64,000 nt of DNA from Selaginella moellendorffii (Eukaryota; Plantae; Lycopodiophyta). A model generated the notes under the pieces. That model saw only the letters and a list, made by a program, of their open reading frames with translations. It did no database searches and was not told where the DNA came from. Made by a program: the position numbers and the translations under genes. This document shows positions 38,259 through 53,434 of this stretch, piece after piece (the first letter of the stretch is position 1; the number at the start of each line of letters is the position of its first letter). The stretch is from the NCBI RefSeq assembly GCF_000143415.4, contig NW_003314267.1, positions 2,260,932 through 2,324,931 of the forward strand, given 5' to 3'.

Positions 38259-38524
38259 ATCCTTGGGTTGAATTTTCTCTCGTTGTTCTTCTTTCCTTTT
38301 CTTTGCTTTGATCTTTGCTTTGTGTGTTCCTCCTCTAATAAGTGTGCATGTCTGGAGTTTGTGTATGCCTGAGGTTGCTTTCGCCTCATCTCGGTTACTT
38401 CGTTTTTCTGTTCTTTATATTTCCCTTCAAGTATCTCTTTTGCTCCCTGGATCCATCCTCATTATCACAACCCAGTAGTAGTAAACACCATAAAAATTGA
38501 ATTCTCGGCTTTCTTCTACACGCA

Positions 38525-40786
38525 ATGGCACCCACGATGTTATCATCCAGTAAGAATTACTTTGTTTCCACCTCTTTGTTGCTAATTCCTCTCTCTTTCC
38601 TCAGATGATTCATCGTCATCTTCTCCTACTGTTCTCGTTGTAGGGGCTGGGATCTCCGGCTTGGCAGCTGCAAGAATGCTTCACAAAGCAGCGTTCAAGG
38701 TGGGAATCCTTGTCTCTTTTGTTCTTCACTTATTCATTTTGTTCATTTGATTTTGTAGGTGACGGTACTCGAGTCAAGAGATCGAATTGGAGGTCGGATC
38801 TATACAGACTTTTCTTTCGGATTTCCTGTTGATATGGGTGCCTCATGGTAGTTTATGAAAAGAGCAAATCTTTTAAGGAAAGAAACGAGACGATCTTGTC
38901 CTTCTGTGCAGGCTACATGGAGTTTGCCAAGACAACCCCTTGGCTTCCTTGATAGGACGTTTGAGGCTGCCTCTTTACCGAACAAGTGGGGACGACTCTG
39001 TCCTCTATGACCACGACCTTGAAAGGCAAGCAAATTTGTTTTTGATAGGCGTCATCTAGGTGGTAGGAACACTCGAAATCTAGGAGTGTGTGAGTGTGCA
39101 CAAAGTAGCTACTTTTACTCTCTAGCTGCATGGGAAAGGACAGAGCATTCTGTTTTTTCTTATGTTGAGTTCTTGGGAGCTCTGGGTTAATATAGTTGCT
39201 CCAGGTTTCTATCAAGAATCAGGCTTGCAGGCTCTGGCATCAGCGACTATGACTGAGATTTATCTTCCAGAGGTGATGTGATTTCAGGGAAATTTCATTC
39301 GTTAGCTCGAGTTCGTCTAGTTGCCGCAGATAGTTGTGGTTCTATGGTATTTCTAACTCGTTCCATGATGTTGCAGCTATGCTCTCTTCGACACGGCAGG
39401 GAACCAGATTCCACCGCAGCTGGTGACTAGAATGGGCGAAGTTTTCGAGGCCTTGCTTGAAGAAGTATCTTACTGTTTCTTAGAAAGCATAGCGTTAAAC
39501 TCCTTTGGTTCTTTTCGTGCAGACTAAGAAAGTTCGTGAGGAGTTTGCACAAGATATGTCGCTGAAGCAGGCCTTCTCGATCATACTTAAAAGACGTCCA
39601 GACCTGAGGTACGAGCTTTCCTACTCCGACTTAGCACTAAATATCCCTGTTTCAGACAAGAAGGCCTGGGACACCGAGTTTTACAGTGGTACTTATGTAG
39701 ACTGGAAGGATGGTTTGCTGCTGACGCAGATAAAATCTCCCTCCAGAACTGGGATGAGGTGAGACATGACCAATTCTCTTCCCCGTGACTCAGATCCTTT
39801 CGTGTGCAGGAAGAATTACTTGAAGGTGGCCACGGCCTCATGGTCAAAGGTTATTGGCCTGTCGTTTTCTCTTTGGCCGAAGGACTCGATATAAAATTGA
39901 ATCACAGGTAACACGCGCAAGAACGCGATAGTCCACGACTGATGAGTTTTTCTTTTTTTCTTTGCATTTTGTCTGTCCAGAGTAACAAAAATAAGTCGAC
40001 ATCCGAAAGGTGTCCGCGTTGCTGTAGAAAATGGAAAGGTTTTCAACGCAGACGCGATCGTTGTTGCTGCTCCTCTCGGAGTGCTCCAAGCCAAGATCAT
40101 AAACTTTGAGCCTCAACTCCCGGACTGGAAAGTAAAAGCCATCAATGAACTGGGTGTCGGAAACGAGAACAAGATCGCCATGCTCTTCGACAACGTTTTC
40201 TGGCCCAACGTCGAGTTCCTGGGCGTGGTCGCTTCCACCACGTACGAGTGCAGCTACTTCCTCAACTTGCACAAAGCCACAGGACACCCGGTTCTCGTCT
40301 ACATGCCCGCTGGAAATCTCGCCAACGATCTGGAGAAGCTGAGTGAATCAGCCGCCAAGAATTACGCGTTCTCGCAGCTCAAGAAGATCCTGCCAAACGC
40401 TTCCTTGCCGGTAAGTTCTTCGTTGTTCTTGGTCTCTAGTTTGGAGCTAAAAAACTCTTTTCTTCTTCTTGCAGACCAAGTGCTTGGTGTCTCACTGGGG
40501 ATCCGACGTAAACTCCCTCGGCTGCTACAGCTATGACGCCGTGGGTGTCTCTCACGGCGCCTACGATCGACTGCGCGCTCCAGTGGACAATCTCGTGTTC
40601 TTCGCTGGAGAGGCGACGAGCAGCAGCTTTCCAGGGACCGTCCACGGCGCGTTTGCCACTGGAGTTCTCGCCGCCGCCGAGTGCCGCAAGACCATCGAGG
40701 AGCGATGCAAAGATCTGGAGCTCTTCCAGCCGGCCATGGCGGAAGAAATCGAGCTCGCCATCCCGCTCCAAATCTCTCGCCTGTGA
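38525..40786 (+). CDS. PAO: Peroxisomal polyamine oxidase (PAO2/3/4 clade), multi-exon
   Basis: [15 protein letters not shown] motif, [33 protein letters not shown]-terminal PTS1 ISRL. Confidence 0.93.
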
Positions 40787-40857
40787 AGTCATGGATTAAA
40801 TGAATGCCCTAAAATTTAAATCTATACATTTTTTTCCAGTAGCTTGCTAGTGGAGTA

Positions 40858-40924
40858 GGGTTTCTAGGCGCGATCGATCGAGAGCGTGGAGGGTTTCTAA
40901 GCCGCGATCGATCAGAGCGTGGAG
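40858..40924. repeat. Two ~33-bp tandem copies in the ERD2 5' region, overlapping a telo-box
   Basis: gggtttctaggcgcgatcgatcgagagcgtgga / gggtttctaagccgcgatcgatcagagcgtgga; exact TAGGGTTT at 40856-40863. Confidence 0.8.
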
Positions 40925-40949
40925 TGGCCGATCAATCGGAGCAGCAGCG

Positions 40950-42009
40950 ATGAATATCTTCCGGCTCTGCGGCGACATGACCCATCTCCTCAGCGTCGTG
41001 GTGCTGCTGCTCAAGATCCACACCATCAAGTCTTGCGCCGGTAAGGGAAGAGAGAAAATTTTCTTCGATTCTTTTGATTTCGTGCTGCTTAGAAATCTTT
41101 GCGCAGGGATTTCTCTCAAGACGCAGGAGCTCTATGCCCTCGTCTTTGCGACGCGCTACTTGGATATTTTCACGCACCATGTCTCGCTCTATAACACGGT
41201 GATGAAAATAATTTTTCTCGGAACCTCTTTCACGATCGTGTGGTACATGAGGCATCACAAGGTCGTGCGCCAGACTTACGACAAGGAGCAGGACACTTTC
41301 AAGCATTACATGCTGATCATTCCATGCTTTGCTCTCGCGCTCCTGATCAAGACCAAATTCACTCCACTGGAGGTAGGTTATACTTGGCACCGACCTCTTT
41401 TTCTTTGGTAGATGATCTTTCTTCTTTCCTTTTCCTTTTTCCTCTTTTTCTTATTCTTTCCTTTTGGTATGATATCATCTAAGTTTTTCGAATATGGCAG
41501 GTTTTGTGGACGTTTTCTATCTACCTGGAGGCTGTGGCGATCTTTCCTCAGTTGGTGTTGTTACAGCGAACCAAAAACATCGACAACCTCACCGGGAACT
41601 ATGTCTTTTTGCTTGGGTACGCTTCACAAACTTGCTTTCGTTTCATGCTTTTGATTTCATTTCAGGGCATATCGAGGGCTGTATCTGTTGAATTGGATCG
41701 TTCGATATTTCACTGAAAAGGGCTACAGGCAATGGATAAGTATGACATTTTTGTTTATATCACAACTTACCAAGGATTTTAAATTCATTTCTTCTCCGTT
41801 TTTTCCCGTGTGCAGCATGGATATCTGGAATTGTACAGACCGCGCTGTATGCGGACTTCTTTTACTATTACATCAAGTGGTACGGAATCCCAATCCAAGT
41901 TTTTTTTTTCCAATCCTTTTTTTTTTTTTTTTTGAGTGTGTGTGCTGATCCTTATTCTGTTTTGCGTTGCAGCTGGAGGAACAACGAGAAGCTTCATCTT
42001 CCTTCTTGA
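40950..42009 (+). CDS. ERD2: ER lumen protein-retaining (KDEL/HDEL) receptor, multi-exon
   Basis: MNIFRLCGDMTHL, GISLKTQELYALVFATRYLD, WTFSIYLEAVAIFPQL, LYADFFYYY, KLHLPS. Confidence 0.96.
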
Positions 42010-42168
42010 ACGTAGATTCTTGTATCTAAGCAGAGAGAGGAAGAGCGGCGAAGAACGCTCTACTGGAATGTGAGTCTTTGCTTGAGCAAATTTTCTTCTT
42101 TATCTCTTCACATTGGAGTTATATCACACATCTTACAAGTCGATCAAGCTTCTCCTTGCTTGGAACTT

Positions 42169-42627
42169 TCATCCCTCTGCAGCTCGAAGCTCCTCGTTCT
42201 CCAGCCCCAAGAGAGTGACTGTAAAAGCCGAGTTTGGCAGAGGGACAATTGGCGGCACCACTTGTCGAGTATCCTCGACCTCGATTCCGGCCTGCGATTC
42301 TTATCATACACTGGAGATCCTACAAAAAGGAATACCGACCTTCTTGGCGAGCTTCTTGAGGAGCTCCCGCTCCTTTTTCTGCGTCAACAAGCACCAAATG
42401 TAAGTAAATTTGCCTATCCAAGCCACTGAAATTCTCTCTTTTGCTCTCAGGAAGAAGAAACGAACCCAGAAGTACATGTTTTCCAGGGAGTGCTCGCGCT
42501 CCGACATATGATCCTTGGTCATGTCGAGAGCATACGGCGATGGAAGGTAGGCCATCTTCCTCGCGAGTAGCAAACGACACCACAGCGGCGGCAGGGTGGT
42601 AGCAGCACAACGCATCGCCATCGCCAT
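42169..42627 (-). CDS. Small mitochondrial F1Fo ATPase inhibitor (IF1/IATP)-like protein, 107 aa; exons 42627-42466, 42378-42340, 42291-42169
   Basis: Transit-peptide-like N-terminus and SEREHSLENMYFWKKERELLKKLAKK; all three exons join in phase 0. Confidence 0.55.
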
Positions 42628-43727
42628 TGGAAAAGAGCGGCGGCACAAGTAGCTGTGAGTTTCTTCTAGATGGTTTCTAGAAAAGTAAACAGTGTTTTTC
42701 TATATCTATCCAGTCGCTGTGGAAGAAGACGACTGCGCACCACGAGTCACGCCTGGATTAGCATAAAGCAGAACAAAATCAGTAGTAATGACTGTCAAAT
42801 CCCGCCAGGTTGTGTAAGATTTGCAGCTGCCATTTTACTGGAATGGTTATCTGATTAGCTAGCTTGTTTACAAGACTCCTCTTCAAATTTAGACTGGAAA
42901 CTTTTTAATTGTTTTAGGGTTAGGCCTATTCGAGAAGGTGGCTACGGAGGAGGAGGTGGCAGCAGTGGAGGAGGAGGTGGCAGCAGTGGAGAAGGAGGAG
43001 TCTGTTTCTTGGCCTAGAGATTATGAGGTGTGTTAGCTCAGTTTCCACATTATCTCTACACACCAATTGACATTTGTTTTGCAATGTGTTACTTGCTTCA
43101 CTTTGTGTTTCTTGTTCTGGTGTATTAGGATGTGGCATGCCAAGAAGTAAAGTTTAATGGTGGGAGAGCATCTGCTGCATCACTCTGGGCCTGTGCTATA
43201 AGGGAACACTACCTCATCACTGCGCCAACCGGTGGTAGAAATTGGATACCGGAAAATGATTCTGATGGGTATTTGGTTCGGGACTTTTGCCAATACATCC
43301 AAGGATTCAAAGGAGCATTGCAAGTGTCTTCTGTCGCTGGAATTCGCAAGAAACAGATGGAAAGGATCAAGGAGGCTGAGCGAAATATAATTGGCAATCG
43401 AGGAGCGAATGAAAATGCAGCAGAAGAGCTTGTGGTGGCCGAAACAAGGTAATATTTTACTAAATTTTAATAGTAAAATTAAAATTTTATTTTTTCTCAG
43501 CAAAAAGAAAAGTAAAACCTTTAAGAAAAAGAAGAAATAAGATCAGAGAGTATTTGTTGGTAAGTCTATAACTGTATACTTGTTTTGCTAATATGTTGTT
43601 ATGTAGTGAGACGCAAATTACAAGTTTCAGATTATATTAAAAATAAAATTTCGATTAATAAAAGTTAATGATATAATGTGTTTTTTGGGTGTTTTTTTTT
43701 CTCTGTTTTGATCAGTTTTTTGCTCAG

Positions 43728-44630
43728 GTGTTGGTTGCGGGTAAATTCAAATTTTGGCTCTTGAGCACAGGAAGGATCACGGACTTAAAAACCATGAAGT
43801 ACAACTTTGATCAGGTTCAGAGTTCCCTATACGCTTTGAGCGAGTTCAAGTATTTTTATTTTACTGTTTTTGTTCTGCGGGCAATTTTCTGGTTTGAGAG
43901 GGGTCATGCAAGGGACGTGCTGTTCTTGGCCACAACCAAAGGTGACCGCAAGAAGCATGATGAGTTCGACATGGACGACGAGAAAGCATGGGGGCAAGTC
44001 CAAGTCATTTTCAAAGACGTTGGAATCGACACAGTCGTTTTGGTCATATCTCGCCTCTACCTGTTGCACAACACGGGCATAACCGAGAATGCGACTTCAA
44101 CGCTTGTACCTCAGGGATACTACCATGTTATCGTCAAGTCTTTTGAATCACAGCTCGAAAACATTCACTGGTTATAGTTCAGTTTCTTGTCTTTTTTGCT
44201 GATATTTCCCTTGTGCCATTTGATGCCATGATCGATGAGGACAACAAATATTTGATCGAGAGGTATGCTGTAGCAACTATTTCCTCGTTAAGGCTCTTGA
44301 AGCATTGTGACAAACAAGTCCTGCAACAGCAGCAGCAACGGCAATCGCGTTCGCTCCACCAGAGATCTATACTATGCCAAGGGGTCGAATCCCTTCTAAA
44401 GAGTGCCAACGCACACAGCCTTGATCCGAGAGGGTGATGCAACAAAGGATTTTGTGCTCCCGAGAGTCCACTCAGGTGCGCATGGAGAAGATATACAGAA
44501 ATCTGGTCCAAGGAATGGATATTGCGAGAGCTCTCAGGGAGACTGCTGTGGAGATGATCAAGGCCAATGATGGTAAGCCGGAAGCTTTACGACGTGAGCC
44601 ACTGGGCAGCTTTCATGGTCTCTGGGAGTC
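43728..44630 (+). pseudogene. CHAT (caspase-like, HetF-associated) domain gene remnant
   Basis: LVPQGYYH, IDEDNKYLIERYAVATISSLRLL, MEKIYRNLVQGMDIARALRE..HWAAFMVSG; frameshifts; His/Cys catalytic core missing. Confidence 0.7.
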
Positions 44631-45141
44631 CCTTCACGATACTGCCAGGACTTATAAGGTCGCCAGTAGTGTGTTCCAGGTGATTGGAGTGGCTCCATAT
44701 GGCATACTCTTCACCATGGCATTGCAGATTAGCTGTGGTTTACTTTAAAAAAGTTTTTCCTGATTTTGGTTTACTGCAGGATTGAAATTCAAAGTTCACA
44801 AATGGATTTTGAAAAAGTTTTGCAAAGGTTATATAAATGATTTCGAAACTCTCAAATGAATATCATCCTTAGATGGATGGGCAAACCAAACATGTAAATC
44901 ATAATTGATCATGCAGTGAATGGTAATGCTCTCAACCGATAAGAGAAAGCTAGAACTGAGAGAAACGTTATATCATCCTCTGTCTCCCATCAAGCTCATC
45001 ACGGTTGGAGTCTCCTTGTTGCAGCCAAGAGCACAGGAGATTCTTGGTGGCTATGGAGTCGAAAAAGTTGACAAAGCAGAGAGCTGCGAATGAAACAGAG
45101 CAAGCATAATAATATAGTACAAACATAATTAACATGGGAGA

Positions 45142-45827
45142 TTACTTTTCCATCACAATCTCCCAAGTGTTTCCAGACTTCCTCTTGATAACAGCCACCT
45201 TTAACTCCTTCTGGCTATTATTATATGCTTCTATGATAAGAGCGTTGGCAGGTCGGGGGTTTTGGCCGAGCGGAGCAACCACACATGAAAAGACTGACTT
45301 TTCCCACTGGATGGCAAAATTCTGGTACTTAGTGTTGGGATCTTCTTTAGGGAACTTCACAAAGGGCCCATTACTTTGACTGTCAAGCCTCCATCCATCC
45401 TTGTAGAAGCCATCTTTCTTCTTGAACGGACCAAGTAGAGTTCTCTGATAGAATAACAATGGCAACAATGTAATATAGGAAATCCTTATATACCTGTGGA
45501 AGCCTGGTGTCATCTAGGATATCATCGTGCCAATACTCCAGCAAATGCTGGATGTCCTTCTTGTCCTTTGTAGTCCCTTCTGTAATAGACCCTCCTGCAA
45601 TACAGAAACATATCTATGAATGAAAACAGTCCAAAAAATCTCATGGTGTTGTGAGATCATGTATAAATGAATGAACGAAACAGACCTTTTAGCCCCACTG
45701 CTTGCACATATTGATCTAAACGCACAAACGAAATTATGAGCTTATTCAGCAAGTTCAAAAGCTATCACTCACCAGCGCCTTCATCTTGCAGCTTTGCATT
45801 GTCAATAGAGACCGTAGACTGCGCCAT
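45142..45827 (-). CDS. Orphan 162-aa protein of unknown function; exons 45827-45773, 45715-45686, 45594-45494, 45444-45142
   Basis: Three GT-AG introns conserve frame (55+30+101+303=489 nt). TATATAAG about 60 nt upstream of the ATG. Confidence 0.7.
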
Positions 45828-47189
45828 AGTACCAGAACAGTAGAAGAAGAAGGAAGGGATGCACAACAACCATGAGACCTTTGAATACTTATATATGTGA
45901 AAAATGTTTTTTTTTTTCCTGTGTTGATGTTAACAAGTTGCAATTCCTACAGTGTATACTGTAGCAATTGGCGGTCCATGATGATGATAAGGACAACACA
46001 ACAAATGTTTAATGGTCAACATTGCAACTCGTGGAACAATGGAATTGGACCTATTCCTTACTCTCATTTAATGCTTGTGGGCCTAAACAAAATTCAAGGG
46101 TCTTTTTCGTCTCACAAGTGAGGTGCAATGAGTCTTATCCACTCACTTTAGCCCTTTCTCACTCCCCTTCAGCAATATAAATGTTTTCATTTGAAATATG
46201 ATCATGGACCTCATTTAAGCATATGCCCATTCTTTGGTGGAGATGGGAGTACCATTATGAATAAGCTGGGTCCATTAGTCATTCTAGATTGTTGTGGTGG
46301 CTGTTTGAGTGACTTGGAATGTCACATAATTTTCATTTGAAGCTGTGGTAGTTTCATGGGACAAGACTATGTGGTGTTGTTTTGTTTTAAGCTGTGGTAG
46401 CTTGATTCAATCAACCAAAGATGGAATGCTTGTTTGCTGTCTAAAGACTGGTTAATGTACAGTAGTTGGAGTTGTTAACACCCTATTGTTCTCACATTGA
46501 AATGCAGGCTTCTTAAGCAGTTTTATGGTGGCAAACAGTGGCAAAGAAAGGACCTCTACTCATGATCATGAGCAGGATCTGACTAACGATGTCTTGCAAC
46601 TTGAGGATGGTAAAGTTCTTGACATAGCCAAGAAGGTGATAGGATCAGGAAGAAGCTTCTAGATTTGATGTGTGATCCTCAATTTTCCAGGTGACTTAGT
46701 GAAGTGGCACATGCTGCTAGGCTGGGACACCCAAAGGGAAAGTATAAAATACCCCACCTACAAACTTGGGGAGGACTTTGACATTTACTTAGACCTTTTG
46801 AATGTGCTGCTTGGAACAAAAAGGTAAAGGGAGAGGAAATAATAAATGCATTGTAGATAGAGAAGCATAACATTAGTTTGTTTCCCAAAGGAGCAAGGAT
46901 TATATGAAAACTTGAAAAGAGGTAGTGACTTGGTGTAGGTAGTTATTGCAGCTTGGCAATCCCACCAACAAGTGCAGGAAGTACAAACTTAACAAACCTG
47001 TGCAAGTCTATCAGGCAAATCTATTGCATGTGACTCATATTCTAAACTAAGACCTAGATGAAGTTGATTCCATGGCATGACAATTTTTTTACAATGTATT
47101 GCTACAGTGAAGGCATGGGTTGATAAATTATTACAAATGTTCTTTCAAGTGGCAAAAGAGGGGATTAGTGAAGCCAAGGCTATTTGAAA

Positions 47190-47798
47190 GTTATTCCATG
47201 TGAGGCAATTAGTCATCTACCCATACCGCAATCCCACAGTGGATATAGCTATTCTATATGAGGCAACTAGTCATCCACCTGTACCGCAGTCTATTATATA
47301 GACTAGTTATTCCATGTGAGGCAACTAATCATCCACCCATACCGCAGTCCCACAGTGGATATAGCTATTTTATGTGAGGCAACTAATTATCCACCCATAC
47401 CGTAGTCCCACAATGGATACCTTCATCCATAGATACTCCACACGTACTACAGTCCATTGTATAGACTAGCTATTCCATGTGAGGCAACTAATCATCCACC
47501 CATACCGCAATCCATAGATACTCCACACAAGAGGAAGGACATACGCATGGATGCCCAATACGTAAGGTATATTATATTTTTAAGTAGCCACTAATCAATG
47601 GAAATCAAACCCATGCCATTTGCTCTGATACCACATGCAGCACACTTTATCTCTCTCCCCTTAATCCAACTGAAAAAGGGGTAATTATTTAATGAGAGAG
47701 CCTTTAATAGCTATTTTATCCCTATTTATCCCCCCAAAGTTCCAAGGATCCACGGTGATAATATATCTAAATCTCATCCTATAATCACATGCGTTACA
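47190..47798 (-). mobile_element. LTR/TRIM remnant: short LTR (about 47636-47798), PBS(Met) and internal minisatellite
   Basis: gctctgatacca (minus TGGTATCAGAGC) at 47622-47633 lies next to a TG..CA-bounded ~163-bp segment. Confidence 0.6.
47192..47528. repeat. 58-bp minisatellite, about 5 diverged copies
   Basis: Unit tattccatgtgaggcaactaatcatccacccataccgcagtc.. starts at 47192, 47250, 47308, 47366 and 47471. Confidence 0.9.
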
Positions 47799-47799
47799 C

Positions 47800-49900
47800 A
47801 TATGCATCAAAATCAAATAAGAATGAAGAGTCCAGGTAATAAATGGTGAAAATCAAATGTGGCAAATTCTCTTCAAAAGGAAGTTCTTTCAAGAGTTAGG
47901 GGAAGAGAGTATTTTTTGGAGTGATGATGATGATGATATACTACAATTTATGGGAAGTGGCCATATTTGAAGAACTAGTGAGTATGATGACATGGGGAAT
48001 GTGTAGTTAAAAATAATGAACAATGAGTCTTACAAAGTTAAAGGATAATGAAGATCCAGTTGAGGGTTGGAGCAAAGGAGGGCTCAAATGAGTTGGTGGG
48101 GTGTAGTTTTGGTCTTTTCTTTAAGCATTGTAAGTGTTTTTACTTTATGGACCTCTTATGCCACTATATTAAAGTTATGTTTTGATATTTAGAGTATGAC
48201 ATAGAGATGTATGGATATTTCTTAAAAGTTGTGGAAGGAATTTACACTGAAGGATAACAAGGATCTAGAGGAAATCAGCAAGAAAGTCAGCTATAAAAAA
48301 GAGGGCAACAATAAGGAAGGGTTAGGTTATGTCTCATAATGTAGTTGGGCTTGTCAATTAGGGATAGAATTGCCTTTGGAAAGTTGAGCTTGCATTAGAT
48401 GAGAGATCTAATTTCTGGATTAGAAGTTAAACCTCTATATACTTGCTTGTTGAGCTTGTAATGTGTCTATTAAGGTTGTGTCTTTAAGGTTAGAGCAATT
48501 AACAGTGTTTAAAAGCATTTAAAGGAGTGAACTTTAAAGTGTTTTAAAGAGTTTTAATTATAGCCTATAAGCAATTTCATAAAGTAATCTTTATTTTCTT
48601 TTCTTTGAATCATATGCAATAGAATCTACATGGCAATCCTAATCTCAATTCTAGTAGAGACCCTACTTGCAAATCCAATTGAATTTTGTGAGCTAAGAAT
48701 ATAATTCCATCTTTCCTTGGTTGGGGTAAGTTTTTAGTAAATAAAGTTTCTTAAATTTTTGTGTGAGGAAACTTTTGTCTAGGAGTTATGAACATTTGCA
48801 ACATACTTAAAGAACTATATGGTGGTAGATTTAATAAGGTTTAGACTCTATTTATCTTGTTAGCAGCCTTGCTATCATCTACTTGCTACTGGGTATCTCT
48901 ACTTGAAATTTTGAACATACATTTGAGATAGATATAATTTAAATTCAACTAGTTATGCTCTTGCTGTTCTCTTCTCTAATCTTATGAAATCACACACATT
49001 CTTCCTCTCTCCTCAAGCAACTTAATACCCCATTGATAGAGTGACAACCTCTCTTTATCCTTTCCAGCAATATTTGAGCTCAAATGAATTCCTTAAATTA
49101 GTAAGGAGTTCAATAGTTTTGAGGGTGAGTTTGAAGTTTTATATGATATAAAGTGTTCTTAAATCTATCATCTAATTCTCTTTCATCTGCTTTTTCCTCT
49201 TTCTAGAATATTTGTTTTGTCTTAGACTGAGCCACCTTCTTATCACATTATTTCTTCATAATTTCTAGTATTCTCTTTTACTAACACATTAATCAGTTCT
49301 GACTCTCATTCTTTATCTAGCTTTTGTTCCTCCTTTTCCAAGGTTTCTTTTATTCTTCCACATTGTTTCTTCCTTTATTTTCTTGATTTCTCCTTGTTAC
49401 TTCCTCACCCAATATCACCCAATACATATGTCCTCAACGATAAGTCCTCAATAACCTAGTATACATCCACTAACCTGTCTATTTTGGTGAATTTGTCAAT
49501 GAGCATTATGTAAGTTATCACCATTGGAGCACACCCACTTCCAAACCATATCTTCAAGTAGCCTCTCAGCCTCATCATGTTGGAAACCTTGCAAAACCTG
49601 TTATAGGTCACCACCACATCCAAAGAGAAAAAAGTACTTGGAAAGTCTGCTGGCAAATGCCCAACTTAGTGAAAGTGTCTTACAGGGAAATATATTTTTG
49701 GCATAAAAGATGATCTCACGAATCTTTTTTGTTCAAGAGAACATCTTTCCTTCCAAATCTGTGATTAACGGCAAAGCATCCACACTTCTTCTCTATCATC
49801 TTCTCATAGCCTCTTTCATCTAAATTTGTGAGTCCAAGAAGTACAACAGTGTTTTAGCTAGAAGTGTTTATAATATCACGAATCATTAATGATAGAAATC
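47800..49900. mobile_element. Probable degenerate transposable element sequence
   Basis: AT-rich, CpG-poor, stop-riddled region adjacent to the LTR remnant; no identifiable intact domain. Confidence 0.3.
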
Positions 49901-49990
49901 ACAATGTACCCCAATTTTGATTTTGTAAGCATGCTTAGGTTTTAGACCAGAGGAGCCCTAAAATGTGGTAGGGCGCGGTGATTTGCGACG

Positions 49991-53215
<3,225 letters not shown>

Positions 53216-53434
53216 AATTCAATCTTACTGTTGAATTTCGATCGTCTGTTCTGCAGAATGATATATATATATTCTTTATAAGTTTTGCATCGCGAATACT
53301 GTACATAGAGGTCATTGCCTATGTAAATTAAAGCGACGGGAGGTAACAGTTTTCTGGGAATCACTTGGTTTCTTCAGTAAGCTTTGTTTCATGGTGGCTT
53401 TTTTGTTTCTAATCCGGTGGCCAGAAAGTTCCAA

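Noticed and set aside
43132-43452. 106-aa ORF upstream of the CHAT remnant
   Set aside because: Non-ATG start, no recognisable family and no supportable splice link.
47192-47528. CRISPR-like array
   Set aside because: Inter-repeat parts are themselves repeated; an ordinary minisatellite with no cas genes.
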